In this document: positions 1-11,458 of the stretch, in pieces
Layout of the letters: every line of letters begins with the position of its first letter
How positions within the stretch are numbered: position 1 is the first letter of the stretch
Source: Stylophora pistillata
Lineage: Eukaryota
NCBI RefSeq assembly: GCF_002571385.2
Contig: NW_019217830.1
Coordinates: forward strand, 470,029 to 534,028
Direction of reading: 5' to 3'
Length of the DNA stretch: 64,000 nucleotides
Position numbers and translations under genes: made by a program
Notes under the pieces: model-generated
Told to the model about the DNA's origin: nothing
The model's input: only the letters and a program-made list of their open reading frames with translations
The model's database searches: none

Positions 1-334
1 GTAAGAACACTTAACCTTTTGGTTGCGTAACCACTCAGCATCTACTCAATCTAAGTCAATACATTGTTTTCAAGTAGCTGGACGAGTAGGTTTTTTTTTT
101 TTTTGAAAGAACACCACCATGGCTTATCAGTCGTATCATACCCTTGAAAGTTTCGTAATCACTAGATTCGTACCGAGTTAAAACAATTAGTACCCAATCA
201 GTTAAGTTGTTTCGTACCCATACCATTTAATGACGTTTTCTATGTTAGGTAATGATACGTTTAGTCTGTGGGCAATCAGGCCTGATTATTGACTGCTCAG
301 GCATATAGTGTACATAGTTTCATTAACATAAACA

Positions 335-1752
335 GCTTATGTCATGGTTATGTCTCAGCAACCTTCAAAACCGTGAAAATCTTGGTGAATGAAAGAGCTG
401 ACTTTCGTTGTTGACGTTTAGACGATTCCATCTTAAATCATGCAGGAAGTAGTTCAAGGGTCTGTGATTCCCGCTTAATTATTTTAATAAGTAGCTCGTT
501 TCCGTAATTCCTGCAGAGGCAGTGGCCAGTCTTTTCAAAGTGGCTTGCTCGTTATATAATTAATTTGGCTGCTAGAAATACTTCAGCAACTAAATCATGG
601 CGCTTGTCGTCATTGCTGACAGATGCTGTTTAAGCAAAAAAAAAAAACTGCTTCAGGTTTACACTGGTAGTTACTGGCGTTTTGATTGCCTCAGAACCTT
701 GAAAAAACAAGAGAAAAATGTTCTTAAATAGTTTTTTTGGACTTGATAATTAATGCTGGCTTCTTACTGCACGTATGTCAGTGGTTTTTCGGGTCAGTAT
801 CTTTGCTCAAGAGTAGATATCGATTTCGTGAAGAAAGAAAAACTGAAACATGTACTTCACATTCAACTGAGTGCCATTTTTAATTCGTTTTGTAATTTAG
901 CATAGTCTGTAAGCAGCCAGGGGTAACAATTGACTGNNAGCTTATGTCATGGTTATGTCTCAGCAACCTTCAAAACCGTGAAAATCTTGGTGAATGAAAG
1001 AGCTGACTTTCGTTGTTGACGTTTAGACGATTCCATCTTAAATCATGCAGGAAGTAGTTCAAGGGTCTGTGATTCCCGCTTAATTATTTTAATAAGTAGC
1101 TCGTTTCCGTAATCCCTGCAGAGGCAGCGGCCAGTCTTTTCAAAGTGGCTAGCTCGTTATATAATTAATTTGGCTGTTCTCCAAGACGATCGACCCCTAA
1201 CTTTTAAAATAATTAAGAGAAAAAGTGTCCAACACTACACCCATAAGTGCTGTTACGGATGTTTACATCAAATAAAGTCATTTTCAGGGATTCTTTACGG
1301 ATGATTTATATACGGCGCAGCATCTAATTATTCTAAGCGCGCATTAATATAATTTTTAAGGTTTTCAAAAGTATTTTTTCGCCAAAAACATATTTATAAG
1401 GAAATACTTCAGCAACTAAATCATGGCGCTTGTCGTCATTGCTGACAGATGCTGTTTAAGCAAAAAAAAAAAACTGCTTCAGGTTTGCACTGGTAGTTAC
1501 TGGCGTTTTGATTGCCTCAGAACCTTGAAAAAACAAGAGAAATCTGTTCTTAAATAGTTACTTTGGACTTGATAAATTCTCACTGCACGTATGTCAGTGG
1601 TTTTTCGGGTCAGTATCTTTGCTCAAGAGTAGATATCGATTTCGTGAAGAAAGAAAAACTGAAACATGTACTTCACATTCAACTGAGTGCCATTTTTAAT
1701 TCGTTTTGTAATTTAGCATAGTCTGTAAGCAGCCAGGGGTAACAATTGACTG
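335..1752. repeat. ~600-bp near-identical tandem duplication across an NN gap (335-936 vs 939-1752); copy 2 has a ~220-bp insertion
   Basis: agcttatgtcatggttatg...aacaattgactg occurs twice, separated by 'nn' at 937-938; extra sequence at ~1177-1400. Probably two uncollapsed haplotypes. Confidence 0.85.
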
Positions 1753-2840
1753 GTCAAGCATGAAATAAGATGTATAAATTAAAGCCCCGATTTTAATTCT
1801 CGCTTAGTCCGGTATAATGGCTGGTTTCCTAAACAGGAAACTGGAAAGGCTCAATTTATTTCGAGTGAAACTTACCATTCAGATCGGCAATGTTTGCTTT
1901 AAATAAAAAAAGCATTCTCACTTTCGATCCCGCTCACTGTTTTCTTTCCAGAAAGGCCTCTATTGACCAAACTTCTGTGATTTGCATGGTAGANNNNNNN
2001 NNNNNNNNNNNNNNNNNNNNNNNNNNNNNNNNNNNNNNNNNNNNNNNNNNNNNNNNNNNNNNNNNNNNNNNNNNNNNNNNNNNNNNNNNNNNNNNNNNNN
2101 NNNNNNNNNNNNNNNNNNNNNNNNNNNNNCTACTTACCGCTCATTTTAACGGGAAATTCTCTGCTTCAGACTGGCGCAAAGTTTAATACCTCTTACCTTC
2201 ATTACACTTTTAAGTTTATTTTCTGTTCTTCTGCTTCAACTTCGTTTGAGAAAGTAGCTGGACTTCTGCGAGACGCAACTATGAAACACGCAGACGAAAG
2301 GAAAACCCATGGTGTGGCTTATTTTAGCGGGAAATTCCCGACTGTGGAGAAACAATAGTGCTTACGTTCGCACAAAACATTCTCAATGAAGATCATGTGC
2401 TAGCTTGACTGATGTAAAAATAACCAAGGCGTCAGTAGTCGATAACTACTCATAACTCTAAGACGCAATTGTATCACACTACCTGTAGACTTCAATTTGT
2501 TTGAAACCAGGAGATCAATGATCTAACAAATAGTTTCAACTGAGTAAGAGAACACTTACAAGTTCTTGTGAGAAATAAAATGAGAAAATTATTTTAGCGA
2601 AGCACGTTAACAAAGAGGAAGATGATCAAGAGTTCGTCTTGCTCAGAGATTTTCAAGAGATTTTTTTTCCTCGCTACATTTCCTCCTTTTGGTTGCGTAA
2701 CCACCCAATTTCTACTTGCGAGGAGATGAAAAGTTATCAATCTTTCACTGCAAAACTGGAATCTATTTGCACCAGAGTACACTTACGAGCGGGATGTCCG
2801 AGATCAATTAAACTCGAGGACGTAGATTGACGACCCATCG

Positions 2841-4450
2841 TTCCGTGCGTCATTCGTCCATTCAATTTTCGTATTTAATCAAAAATTGAAAATTGGTGTC
2901 AAATTTTGATTCTCCTTGATTTTTTATCATAAAAAATACGAAAGTGCCAAATCGAAAATACTTTTTTTTCCTTTTAGTAGAATATTGAAACACAACTTAT
3001 ATTTTTACCATATATATATATATTTTCTTATATTTTCGGCAATGGAGAGAAAAACGAAACCGAGCGACAATTTTGCTTCTCCGACCGTGTTGCAGTCTGT
3101 GGCATGGCTTAGTTTTTCTGTTTTCGGCGGAAGTCTAAAAATTGAAATTGAAAATTGCAACCAATTTTCAATTTTTGTTTTTCGGTCAAAATATTTCCGA
3201 TCGTTGACAGAACTACCCAAGAGGGAGGGGGAAAGGATCCATTCGCACGGTAAAGTTTTGGCCCCTGCACCCTCTCCCCAGGTCCACTTCCCTCCATGCG
3301 CTGGGAGAATATTTTTGCCCCTGCCTCCCTCCCCTCCCACGTTACACTTCTCTGGTATGGAGGTTTTGGGAAATTCGTATTTACCGCGTAGTCACTTATT
3401 CAAACATGAACGACTTCAGTGTCGAGCACTGGGGGGGCAGGGGTAAAAATTCTCCCAGCGCATGGAGGGAAGTGGACCTGGGGAGAGGGCGCTGGGGGCA
3501 AAACTTCATCGTGCGAATAGCCCTTTCCAGAAACGTGAGAGGACTGGGACGAGTTTCTTATATTGATTTCATTGAAAATCTAAACATTTCAACTGAAATT
3601 TTATTGAATTAAAAGCTACCCAGTCAAGTTTGAGAGTTTTCAGCGGAAAAGTGTCCAAATCGGAGCCTTGCAAAAGTTGCAAAAATTCCATACAAACCCT
3701 TAAAATTTTTTGGCCAGTCTACCCAATCCATACAAACTCTCTATTTTAGGTAATATTTGAAGAGCTGTCATTTTGCTATTTTCCTCCTCTAAATACTTCT
3801 ATTCTTGCTAAAGACTCTCAAATTTAGTTGATATTTCATTTGAATATCTTAGTTTTTCAAACAAACGGAAAACAACCACACTCTTTCCCAGTTCTCTCAC
3901 GTTTCTGCAATGGGCTATTTAATTGTGTGTATTTTCCTCTTCTTTTACGGATTATCCTGGCCCGCCTCGATTAGCACTGCTACCTGCGGAGCCAGGGCAA
4001 TATGGCTTTATTGTTATTGTTAATGTTAAATAAACGTCTATCCATAAACGTCTATTGCTATGGACCCTTTACTCCTCCCTCTTGGGTAATTCTGTCAACG
4101 ATTTGGAATGTTTTGGTCGAAAAACAAAAATCAGAAATTGGTTGCGATTTTCAATTTTAAATTTTAAGATTGCCGAAAACAGGAAAACTAAGCCATGCCA
4201 CAGACTGCAACATCGTCGGAAAGGCAAAATTGCCCCTCAGTTTCATTTTCTCTTCCCCCAATGTTGACAGGATTAAAGTAAAAATATAAGTTATGTTTCA
4301 ATATTCCACCAAAAGGAAAAGTAGTCAAATATTTTTGATTTGGCACTTTCGTATTTTTTTATGATAAAAAATAACGAGAATCGAAAATTGACTTCAATTT
4401 TCAATTTTTGATTTTAAACGAAAATTGAATGGACAAAGACACACGGACCC
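2841..4450. mobile_element. Non-autonomous foldback/MITE-like DNA element with ~400-bp imperfect terminal inverted repeats
   Basis: 2841-3240 (tccgtgcgtcattcgtccattcaattttcg...) is the reverse complement of ~4060-4450 (...gaaaattgaatggacaaagacacacggaccc). No transposase ORF. Confidence 0.85.
3241..3519. mobile_element. Nested ~280-bp MITE with ~95-bp GC-rich TIRs
   Basis: attcgcacggtaaagttttggcccctgcaccctctccccaggtccacttccctccatgcgctgggagaat pairs with attctcccagcgcatggagggaagtggacctggggagagggcgctgggggcaaaacttcatcgtgcgaat. Confidence 0.85.
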
Positions 4451-4875
4451 CCTTCTCTTAGAGAAGATGCCTGTGATTTATATTCATGAGAATAATGTGT
4501 GGAGAAACAAAAGTTGTGATTATTCACGATAAGAAAAATAAAAATGTAAACGGCGCCCCAGAGAAGCAACGAGCCAGTTAATTACTCTTAGACCTGAGAG
4601 AAAAAGCTACAATTTCTTCGAGAATTTGCAAGGTCTTTCGCATGTTTCGTCGGTATGTACGATGATCAAGTATTGATAACTTCCATAGTATTCGACAAAA
4701 CTCGATCAAACAAAATGAACGCGGTAGGAGGTCATTCCTTTACGGAGAGATAGAAAAAAAGTTGCACAAGCCAACAGTTTGTTTTGGTTTTGTCTAGACC
4801 AATCACATCACAGGAAAGAATGTAGACAAAACTGTCCATAGTCCAGATTGATAACGACATTTCCATCATCTTCAG

Positions 4876-7800
4876 GTGCGGAAGACCAAGAGATTGGATG
4901 TCTTTACGTATCCCATCGCAGCGGTGAAGACTCCCCTCACTGTGGTTCTTATGCTGCGCCCTGTCGGACGTTAGAAAGAGCAATATTCCTGGTTAATGTT
5001 GGTGGAAAAATTTGCCTCAACGGAACAAACAGTGATTCAAATCCATACGAATTTTTGAAAACGAATGCTCCTAATGGAACTAAATTGATACCTATAGGAA
5101 AAAGTGTATCGCTACAAGGTGTTTCCTCTCCAGCGCACATTTCGTGTCGCTCAAGGTTCAAATATGGTTTTGTCAAAGGTTTTTTCTCAAACCTTGTATT
5201 CAACAACAGTATGTATGGATTAGTTTTCTTCAATGTGCCGTCCTACGATGTTGTCATTTCCAAATCCAAGTTCATCAACTGCCAGAAAGCCGTTTTTATG
5301 CTATGGGAAGGGACTTATTCTGGCATCCGTCAAAGGTACTCACTTGAGGTTTCTGATAGCGAATTCCTCAACACTTCATATGGCATAGGATTTGGTCCGA
5401 AGTTCAGATATAGCTTTGCTGAGGTTTTTACAGTCAAACCTTGTATTCGACGATGGAACGTATGGTGTATTCCTCACTAATGTTTCCTCCTTTAAATTTG
5501 TCATCGTAAAGTGCAAGTTAAGTAACTCAGTTCCATAAGGCAGCCGTTGGTATTTTATGGAACGAGATTATTTCCGTCATTCTTAAAAAGTGTAGTCTCA
5601 TAGCCACTGATACCGAGTTCCGGTGTAATGCAAAATCTATACTCGTTAAGTTGCCCAACGGTTTTGTTGAGACGAATATAACAAGATGCCTCTTCGAGGG
5701 TGCGAAGGGACGATATCATGCTGCAAATCATGATAGAAATGCAACAGGTGCCGTGTTTGTCCGATCACAAGCTAGGCTAGATATAACGTATCCAATTCAT
5801 GTATTAGTCTCAATCATTGACTCTACTTTCCAAGAGCTCGGCCATGACGACAACAGCTTCGCTTTTTTCGTAAAAGTTGAAAGCCTCTTTGGCGATGGTA
5901 ATATATCACTATTTAACACATCCTTTCATAATAACGAAAATTCTGTCTTTGTCCTTGGCGGATTTGGAGTAAACTTGACTCAAGTGACGGTGAATTCGAC
6001 TTGCGGGTATGCTATTATGGCCAGTGCTCCCCCAAAAATATTAATCAAAGCTCCAGGTGTGAGGATTTTCCTTGAAAAATGCATCCTAGTGAACAACCGG
6101 ATTGGCATAAGGATGTCAACGACTACTTGCTTAGATAATACGGATCCGCGGTATTGTTCAACGGGCGACCAAACACTTGTTGTAAGAAACAGTCTTATAC
6201 TGGGAGGTGACGAAACATTAGGCACTGGGGATGCAATCAGATTTGGAATGAGATTCCCTACACAGACTTACAGTCATGTGATTCTGCAACCAAGCAAAGA
6301 ACTGAAAAAGTATATTTGTCATCAGATTTTGAAGCAAAACTACTTCTTGAAAACGTTACTTTTCGCGGGTTACAGGACTGTGCATTGTCAGTTAGTGTAG
6401 AAAAGAATGTGCGTGGACTGATTTCGGTGAAAAACTGCAGATTTCTCAACAACACTCAGCTTGGGAATCGACTTGATGAACGAGCAATTGTCCAAATTGA
6501 GTTAACAGGGGTCGATCCACCCCTATGTCCGCCTAAAAGAAAAGGAAACGGAAGTGAGGAACTCATGTGGAACAAGACGTTTGAGTTACCAGCACTATTT
6601 GAAGATACCCCATTTGAAAACAACGTTGGTATCGCTGGAACTTTGAACTTTTTAAATGGCAATGTCACGTTAAACAACTGCACCTTTAAAAACAATGAAG
6701 GAGTAGCCCTTGGAGGTCACGTATACCTGAAGGCGGGTTTTGGAATTCTAAACATCGCTAATTGTAGTTTCAATCAAATAAGTTTGAAGAAACGTAACCG
6801 TGGATCGAGAACTGGTTGCTTTCTTCGTTCTGAGAGGGCTGGTCCGTTGAAAATTGAGCAATCGTCCTTTATAGCCAATAACAATAGGGAATTCGATCCA
6901 ATCTTTGCAGTTACGAAAAGCAGTTCCATAATGATCGACAACTCATCCTCCTTTCGATGTTCAAGCGGAAGGAAAATCACTCAGGAGAAAATCACCGAAG
7001 AAGATGGATTTGAACTTGTGAGGGGAAGTGAAGCCAACTGGAAAAGCGAGCAACGGGAAACCTGCTGGACAAGCGTGCAACATGTCAAATTATTTTGTCA
7101 AGAATGTCCAGATGGTTTCTACAGCTTAAAAAGGGGATGGGCCAGCGGCTTCCATATTCACGAGGAAACCAAGTGCATCAAGTGTCCTTACGGAGCAAGA
7201 TGTGAGCGTGGGAAAGTTTTAGCTTAAGAAAACTTCTGGGGCTCCAAGATTAATACAACCTCATCCACTTTGCAATTCATTCCATGTCCATTGGGATACT
7301 GCAAAACTCCAGCTCATCCAGATACTTACGCGTACAATGATTGTTACGGTAACAGGACAGGTGTATTATGTGGCAAATGTGCTAAAGGATACAGTGAAAC
7401 CTTATATTTTACGACATGCAAAAAGAGAGAAAAGTGCCATGATGACTTGTTTTGGTCGGCGAGCTTGGTTTACGTACTGCTATTAGCTCTGTGCCAAGTT
7501 TTCAAGCCTCCTGTCTTCCCGTGGTTGTATCGGCAAGGTGTGTGGTTTAAGAGGACACCCAATTCTGACTGCAGACAGGATGCTCCAAATAGAGGCAGCA
7601 GTGGTAAACACAATGCTGGGTATCTGAAGATCATCTTCTACTTTTATCAAGTTGTCGAAATACTGATGATTATGTCCGTTCAGACAACTGCTCACGTGAT
7701 TCCCATTATTACACCAATCGTTGCCCTGTTTAATTTCCAGGTAAAGACTTTTAAAGACAGCATTGGATGCCCATTTCCTGGCTGCAATGCGGTCACCAAA

Positions 7801-8744
7801 GAGCTGTTTTTTGTGCTTGAAGTTCCTTGCAACCCTGCTCTCCATTGCCATGATTTATGCCATCCATCGAGTCATAAGCAGGTTCCGTCCCATTTTAAAG
7901 CCATCGCTGAAACTATACCTGGCTGTTGTACTAGAGACCTTGTTACTTGGCTACAAGACTCTTGCCAACACATCACTGAGTCATGCACTGTGTTCCGGTA
8001 GAGCTGGAGTGGCGTCTGTTCATAGATGGAAACATTCAGTGTTGGCAGTGGTGGCAGTACTTGCAAATTGTCTTCATCGTGGTGTTTATCGTTCCCCTGG
8101 TTCTCGTTCTCTTTTGGGGATCGCTGATGCTTTCCAAAGACAAATTGTCCACCAAAGAGTTCTTGATAGCGTGTGCATTCCCTCTGCCCTTTCTTTTAAT
8201 CTGGTGGTTTCGTTGCTGCAAGAGAAAGGTAAATACAAACCAGTATGACCACATCCTGGGCAACTCTAAAGATACCGAAGACATAAAGAAAGTTCTCCAT
8301 GAACCATTCCGTCCAGCTGCTGAAGGTGGCCATGGTGCTTTGTACTGGGAAAGCGTTCTGATTGGCCGAAGGTTTCTTCTCCTAACCATTAGTACCTTCA
8401 TTACCGATCCTTTGACACGATTCGTCTGTTTAGGAATTGCATGTGTTCTGATTTTGGTGCATCATCTCCTAATGAAGCCATTCCGCAACCGAAAAGCCAA
8501 CATCTGTGAAAGTCTGTCTCTTGTGAGTCTGGTTGCTATCTGCACGTTTAACTTCGCAAAAGTCACCTTTATCGCCCAGGGACTAGAGCCTACTGGACCC
8601 AAACAAACCCTTTTCTTTGCTTTGGGGTGGATAGAGGTTGCCCTGCTTGGCTTGCCCCCAGCCATGGCTTTCATCTTTGTGGTTCTGGTGGTTCTATCTC
8701 AAGTCGTTCGTCTGCCGTACCATTGCGTGAAGCTCTTACGCTGA
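4876..8744 (+). pseudogene. Disrupted large membrane protein: beta-helix (pectin-lyase-like) ectodomain, Cys-rich repeats and ~7-8 TM C-terminal region
   Basis: Consecutive + ORFs (4848, 5651, 6316, 7270, 7763, 7983) join into one protein: CG..AAPCRTLERA, repeated S.F.NN/NCTFKNN, CQECPDGFYS, CPLGYC, NRTGVLCGKC..GYS, YLKIIFYFYQV, YWESVLIGRR. Acceptor cttcag at 4875. Frameshifts near 5430, 5530, 6316, 7810 and 7980, and an in-frame TAA at 7225-7227 before ENFWG. Confidence 0.85.
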
Positions 8745-9356
8745 TGCACCGCGGTTGTGAAGTGGGATTCGAAGAAGACACTTAAGATACTGATGACGGA
8801 TTTAAAGAAACTTTAATGTCGTAATAGTTTTTGTTTTGTCTTTTTTTTCTCTTATGCAAGCGTCATCAGTTTGACATTTAGTTGATGCTTTCGCATCATA
8901 GATAGGAGCGTTTATCCAAAATTTAAGCTTGAGTAGAGGGATTATTATCGGAGCTTTTACGATAAAGTGGCTGTTGGAAACACTGCCTAAGACGGTATCT
9001 TAGTTAAGGCTAATTAAAAGCTGTAAGGGCTGATACAAACGCTTTTAAAAAAAACCAAAACGAGCTTTTTAGTTAGCTTGGTTGTCGTATCATCGACATG
9101 AAAGCAGTGGGATTTTTTTTTATCTGCGTAGATGCACAGACATTTGTATAACCGAATTACATCCAGTTCTTTTCTATTGGAGGTTATTTCATAGCTTTTG
9201 TTTGTTAGAACGTGATTTAAGGTAACTTGTCGATTAATAGAAGCTTTAGTTTTTCAGAGGTGTATTTTAGGGGCATTAAACAAGAAAAGTTTAGGTCTTA
9301 AACCTCCCAAGTTCATGCATGTTGCGCCCTTAGGCTTTGGTAATATTTTCAACAGN

Positions 9357-9660
9357 TTTATCCAGATGGCCTTAACGCTCGCGAAGAAATGTATTAGTTT
9401 CTAGTTATTTATCCAATTTACCTTACTTCATTTCTATTTTTGCTCACTATTTCTATTTTTATTGTTATCTCATTGTCAATCAAATTAGTTTTACATATTT
9501 CCGCTGTTACATCATACAGCTATCTACGAAGCATCAGCCCAACTCTCTGTTAATTCCCACTGCACCTGAAGAAGGCTGGTTTGGCCAGCCGAAATATAGT
9601 GCTCCGTCTTAAAATTTACTTATCTACGTTGTATCGGTGTTGCCTTTATATTTATATTTC
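9357..9660 (+). mobile_element. Penelope-like element 3' remnant
   Basis: 9359-9397 reads YPDGLNAREEMY*, the PxGLN C-terminal motif of PLE GIY-YIG ORFs, followed ~165 bp later by a minimal hammerhead. Confidence 0.7.
9562..9602 (+). ncRNA. Minimal type I hammerhead ribozyme
   Basis: GCAC-CUGAAGA-A-GGCUGG-uuugg-CCAGCC-GAAA-UAUA-GUGC: stem I GCAC/GUGC, 6-bp stem II, both core boxes, AUA cleavage triplet. Confidence 0.85.
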
Positions 9661-10015
9661 TAAAAAGTGATGATTTTCTTGTTAGCTTCCCATCGTTTTC
9701 TTAGCCCACAGAACAGTCATCGTTTTTCTTTAGCGATTCTCGCCCCTAGTCCCTTGCGCTCAGCTTAAATAATTAAGTCTAAATCCACTCGCGTGTAAAA
9801 TGTTGAAAGGAAATAATTATATCAAGCCCGTGCTTCAAGGGAAGAAACTTCACGCAACGTTTCAATGCACGGCTCCCCGAAAGACCAATCCTGAAACAGC
9901 TGCGGTAAACTTAAGGAGACCAATCCCCGGCATTATTGAAATAGTTAAATCTGAGAGACTGTTAAGTTTAATGGAAGGTTGATTGTCTCTGTGCTCTAGC
10001 CGCAAGTTAGGGATT

Positions 10016-10275
10016 GGTCATTTTATCACCGCCGGGTATGGAGGGGGAGTGTCGTCGAAGGATTTTGTTTCTGTCCCAGTAAAATTTATCTGATCCTTCT
10101 CTGTAGTATTCTTAGTATTCCTCCCCCCCCCTCTTCATTAGCAGTTAATTGGCAGTCAAGTTTCTTTACTTCCCCCTTCATACTATGTTTGTGATAACTG
10201 ATTTCCCCCTCCGTTGCTCCTGAACTCATGGGCTCCCCCCAAAAAATCCTCCTCCCCGCCCCGTGATTAATAAAC
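10016..10275. mobile_element. MITE-like dispersed repeat; related copy at ~51125-51312
   Basis: Shared blocks ggcagtcaa.tttct, cccctccgttgc and C-rich ends in both copies. Confidence 0.55.
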
Positions 10276-11458
10276 GCACTGTCAAAGTATCTTTGACGAC
10301 ATTTCTCCTGACACGCAACACAAATTGAGTCTTCGACGTAATATGTTTTTTCTCGCATTTGCTCCAAGTTTATTGTGATATTTATCAGTTACTTACAAAT
10401 ATTATTCATCGATAACAACACCCTCGTGCATATATTTCATTTTGTTTTGTTTTGTTTTGCTTTTTTTTTCGTTTTTTGTTTTTTGATTATTACTATCATT
10501 AATAATTTTACGGGGTGGATAACAATCTTTGCATTTAATCCTAATCGTCCACTTATCTGGAAAGATTTTACCATGATGGCGACCCAAGAGCAATATAAAG
10601 CAATCAGTTAAGAAAAGGTTACTCAACAGGCTCCGCGGACATTTTTCTCATAACAACGAATTGTTTCGAAAGCAAATTATGGCAGATGGTGTTAACATTG
10701 ACAGCTGCAAAAGAGAGAAAGCTTTTATGTTATTTCCGGAGCCCTTTTTATACAAATTTGTAGATATTAAACTGATCTACGGCCAAAATAACCCGACTTA
10801 AATTATTTATGAATACCTAATTCCCTTCACTTCATTTCTTCTTGAGCAATATTAGGCACGTTCATCATTTGTTTGTGAAATCGCTCGTCTTGAGCCAAAC
10901 ACGTTGCTCGCACATTCTTTCGTCGGACTCAGGAAAACTGCGGCTTTGGGTTGGCCCTTTTATAAACTGTGTTAGGTTAGATCAAAGTTATTCCCAGGGG
11001 GACTCGTGTACGTCGGTAAATTGACGTCTTAAATCAACAACCGTGACAAGCGAGGTAGTATTTTGCAATTTAAATTGCTACCCATCTCAAATTTTTTGAC
11101 AGCCAACGTGGAAGCGACCAGTCATTGCGACAGGGGAGTTTTGTAATTTCACCTTGGTGTGTGATGAAACTCGGAAGGTAGATCCCAATTGTTCACTTTC
11201 CTATCGAAACGGCAAGACGTGGAAAATCTAAGGTTAAACCATTGAGACATCGTGACCAAAACATCACCCACAGGCCCTCCTTGTTCGATAAAAAGTTTGA
11301 ACTCTAAACATCTCAACTTGAATCAAGCCGAGAACAGAACGGAAATTGAGTCATAAAGGAACGACCGTCGATTAATTGTTCTTCTATAATCAGGACAATC
11401 TGTCCAAGAAATATTATGCTTCGACGAAAACTTTATTCACAGTGATCTGCTGTTCAGC

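Noticed and set aside
2916-3612. ORFs of 62-176 aa
   Set aside because: They lie within inverted-repeat elements; mirrored peptides reflect the palindrome.
7225-7227. Stop readthrough or recoding in the receptor gene
   Set aside because: The stop is TAA and is accompanied by about five frameshifts; decay is simpler.
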